Shown piece by piece: positions 61,975 to 64,000 of a stretch of DNA of 64,000 bases. Numbering within the stretch: the stretch's first letter is position 1; every line of letters starts with the position of its first letter. The position numbers and the translations under genes were made by a program. The stretch covers positions 111,168,001 through 111,232,000 of the forward strand of contig NC_086097.1 of assembly GCF_963921235.1 (NCBI RefSeq). Direction: 5' to 3'. The notes beneath the pieces are model-generated. The model saw only the letters and a program-made list of their open reading frames with translations, did not search any database and had not been told where the DNA came from. The DNA comes from Mobula hypostoma (Eukaryota).

Positions 61975-63022
61975 AAGTGAAATGCAGAACAAATTAGAAC
62001 ACTATCAATACTACTACAGCATTATAAAACGAGTATTAGTTACTCAAAGTTATTGTCAGAGGAACTCATCCAGTGTATGCACTGAACAAAATTAGTGCTG
62101 CCACCTAGTGCAGATAATGACAACTGTCTTACAATGCTGTCGACGATTGCATCCTCCAAATCTTCATTTTCATTGTATCATTCAAGATGATTGTTGATAG
62201 ATACCTTCAAATGTTTTGTAGTTCATGACTTGTTGAAGTAGTGAAATCGTGTCATTTTCACTCCCAGCCATTTTTGACATCTCCAAGCCTGAATGCTTGA
62301 AACTGCAGAGAGCAAAGCTGTTCTGAATTGTCTTACTGCTTATTTCTTGCCAATCATCAGTGACAAAAATCACTGTTTTTTTTACATAAAACACATGCAC
62401 CGGATGCTCTTTTAAAACAGTTTGCTTTAAGCACAGTGTAGTGTCTAACAGCCACACAAGTGCGCATGACTGACACTAGTTAGAACCTGTTCAGCAGATC
62501 TCCTGCCCCAATCAAGTGCCATAGTGCTCCAAATAAATGAAAGGAATCCAGGCTATTTTCTCGATTTTTTTTTTAGTTCTTTCAGAGTTGTCCAAAATAA
62601 GTGGCTGTCCCAATTAACTGATGGCCCAATTAACCAGAATGCACCATATATGGTAACATATACTGTATGTAATGTACTTTGATAATAAATTTTCTTTGAA
62701 TCTTTTTACTGTCCTAGTTGATCTAGACCCTACTGTATCTTTGACAACCTTCACTGTCCAACCAACCAACAATTCTGGTGTCATCACTTTAGATAGCAAA
62801 ACAAAACCAATACTCTTGGCAGAAAGTCTGATGATAATAGTGCTATTGATTCGTCATGAGCAGAGTACAAAGAGTTATTTATTTATCTGCTTATTTAGAG
62901 ATACAGTCTGGAACAGGCTCTTCTGGTCCGATGAGCTGCACCACCCAGCAATCCACCTCACTAAAACTACGCTAAACATAGGACAATATACAAGGACCAG
63001 TTTGTCTTTTGACTGTGGGAGG

Positions 63023-64000
63023 TGTTGTAGCGTGGATGAAATCACTGGAGAGACAGAGTCACTGGTAGATACAAAGCAGCTTCTTTATTCGGCACAACAA
63101 GGTACAGCAGGCATCGTACGGACGGAGACGCTTTTGGTAGAAAGGTCTGCTAGCTCAATGTGGGCTCGATATTTATATGCTAAACACAAAGGCAATCACT
63201 ACTTAAAAAATTATAGACAATGTTTCCTTTTGAAGCTACATACAAACATCATACCTTCTGACTTCATCCTTTCCCTCTGATGCCAACATGTTTGGGTTTG
63301 TATCCACAGCCTTTAGGAATGCAAGTTAAATCCACAATACATTTATTTGGCATTTTACGTGCTAACATAGAAGACAATTAATATTTTTAAAGTATAGATA
63401 ATACTGTCTTCGAAACTACAGCATCTGGTCAAACTACGGCGCCAAAAGCATCTGGTATTCACACCTTTTTAGGAAGCGCATTGTTGTGGACTCAATCCAC
63501 AGTATTTTGTCAAATAGAAGTCTGGTGGCCAAAGTCATTTGTGTAAATGAATCATCTACCCCAAAAACACTCACTCTAACAGTCCCTCCTCTTAGCCCTC
63601 CTGGACAAAAATTAAATTTGTATCAGGAAAGGCCAACCTAGGAGGATTTGCTCAAATAGGGCAGCAAAAAATGCCCTGTCTCGAAAATCCCCCCCCCTCC
63701 CCCAATTTTGTATGCCTTGATATCTCTCCTAGCATTCCCTAATCGCTACCTACCAATGTTAAGCAGAGAGGCTGTTCCAAGTCTTTAGGAATGCAGCTCC
63801 TTTCGTGTGCCTGTCGACTCTTACCCTGCAGACTGACTGCAGCTTAATCACATTCCTTTGTCTTCAGCCCTTTATCCTCTGGTCTCTCAAACTCTCCTTC
63901 CAGGAGCACCTATAGGCTCTCTCATCAATGTACAGGAAGGGGTTGAGGTGGCCTCTATGTAAATGTCTGCAAGGACCTCTCCCCGGTGGCACCCCCTTCC
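63023..64000 (-). mobile_element. 3' LTR (63023-63581), PPT and internal sequence of an LTR element continuing beyond the window
   Basis: Minus strand: purine tract ggagggctaagaggagggac, then tgttagagtg..tataaat..aataaa..caaca. Confidence 0.7.

Larger units (their letters stand above)
59625..62646 (-). mobile_element. Tigger/pogo-like DNA transposon derivative (interrupted by Rex1 and a solo LTR)
   Basis: TIRs cagtggattctggttatttggg / cccaattaaccagaatgcacca flanked by TA. Remnant DWQEISSKTIQNSF..F (62182-62457) resembles the pogo DDE C-terminus. Sits inside an L2-type 3' tail. Confidence 0.75.

Noticed and set aside
62672..63280. 202-aa ORF
   Set aside because: Runs across an L2 tail, other repeat sequence and an antisense LTR; no recognisable domain.

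Overview
Eukaryotic, gene-free and almost entirely transposon-derived DNA. The repeat complement (several CR1 LINE families with an esterase ORF1, Neptune- and Poseidon-type Penelope-like elements, Rex1, HERO, chromodomain Gypsy, fish-type class I ERV) suggests a cartilaginous fish such as a ray; this is inference. No host exon, tRNA, rRNA or CRISPR array is supported. Main content: (1) an apparently intact full-length CR1 on the minus strand (10728-15248). Its ORF2 has no usable AUG and is joined to ORF1 by an in-phase U_UUA_AAC slippery heptamer plus stop codon, a motif also found in other CR1 families in the window (candidate -1 ribosomal frameshift). It also has tandem 172-bp promoter-like 5' monomers. 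(2) Several fold-back Penelope-like insertions with target-site duplications and minimal hammerhead ribozymes. (3) A tRNA-Ser-primed epsilon-like endogenous retrovirus whose 3' half was inverted by a complex rearrangement that can be reconstructed from TSDs. (4) A tandem array of non-autonomous LTR elements carrying a Tf1/Sushi-type self-priming signature. (5) A decayed chromovirus, HERO, mariner, Tigger and Rex1 remnants, solo LTRs and a 1.67-kb polypyrimidine tract. Boundaries of old, decayed fragments are approximate and all alignments were done by eye.
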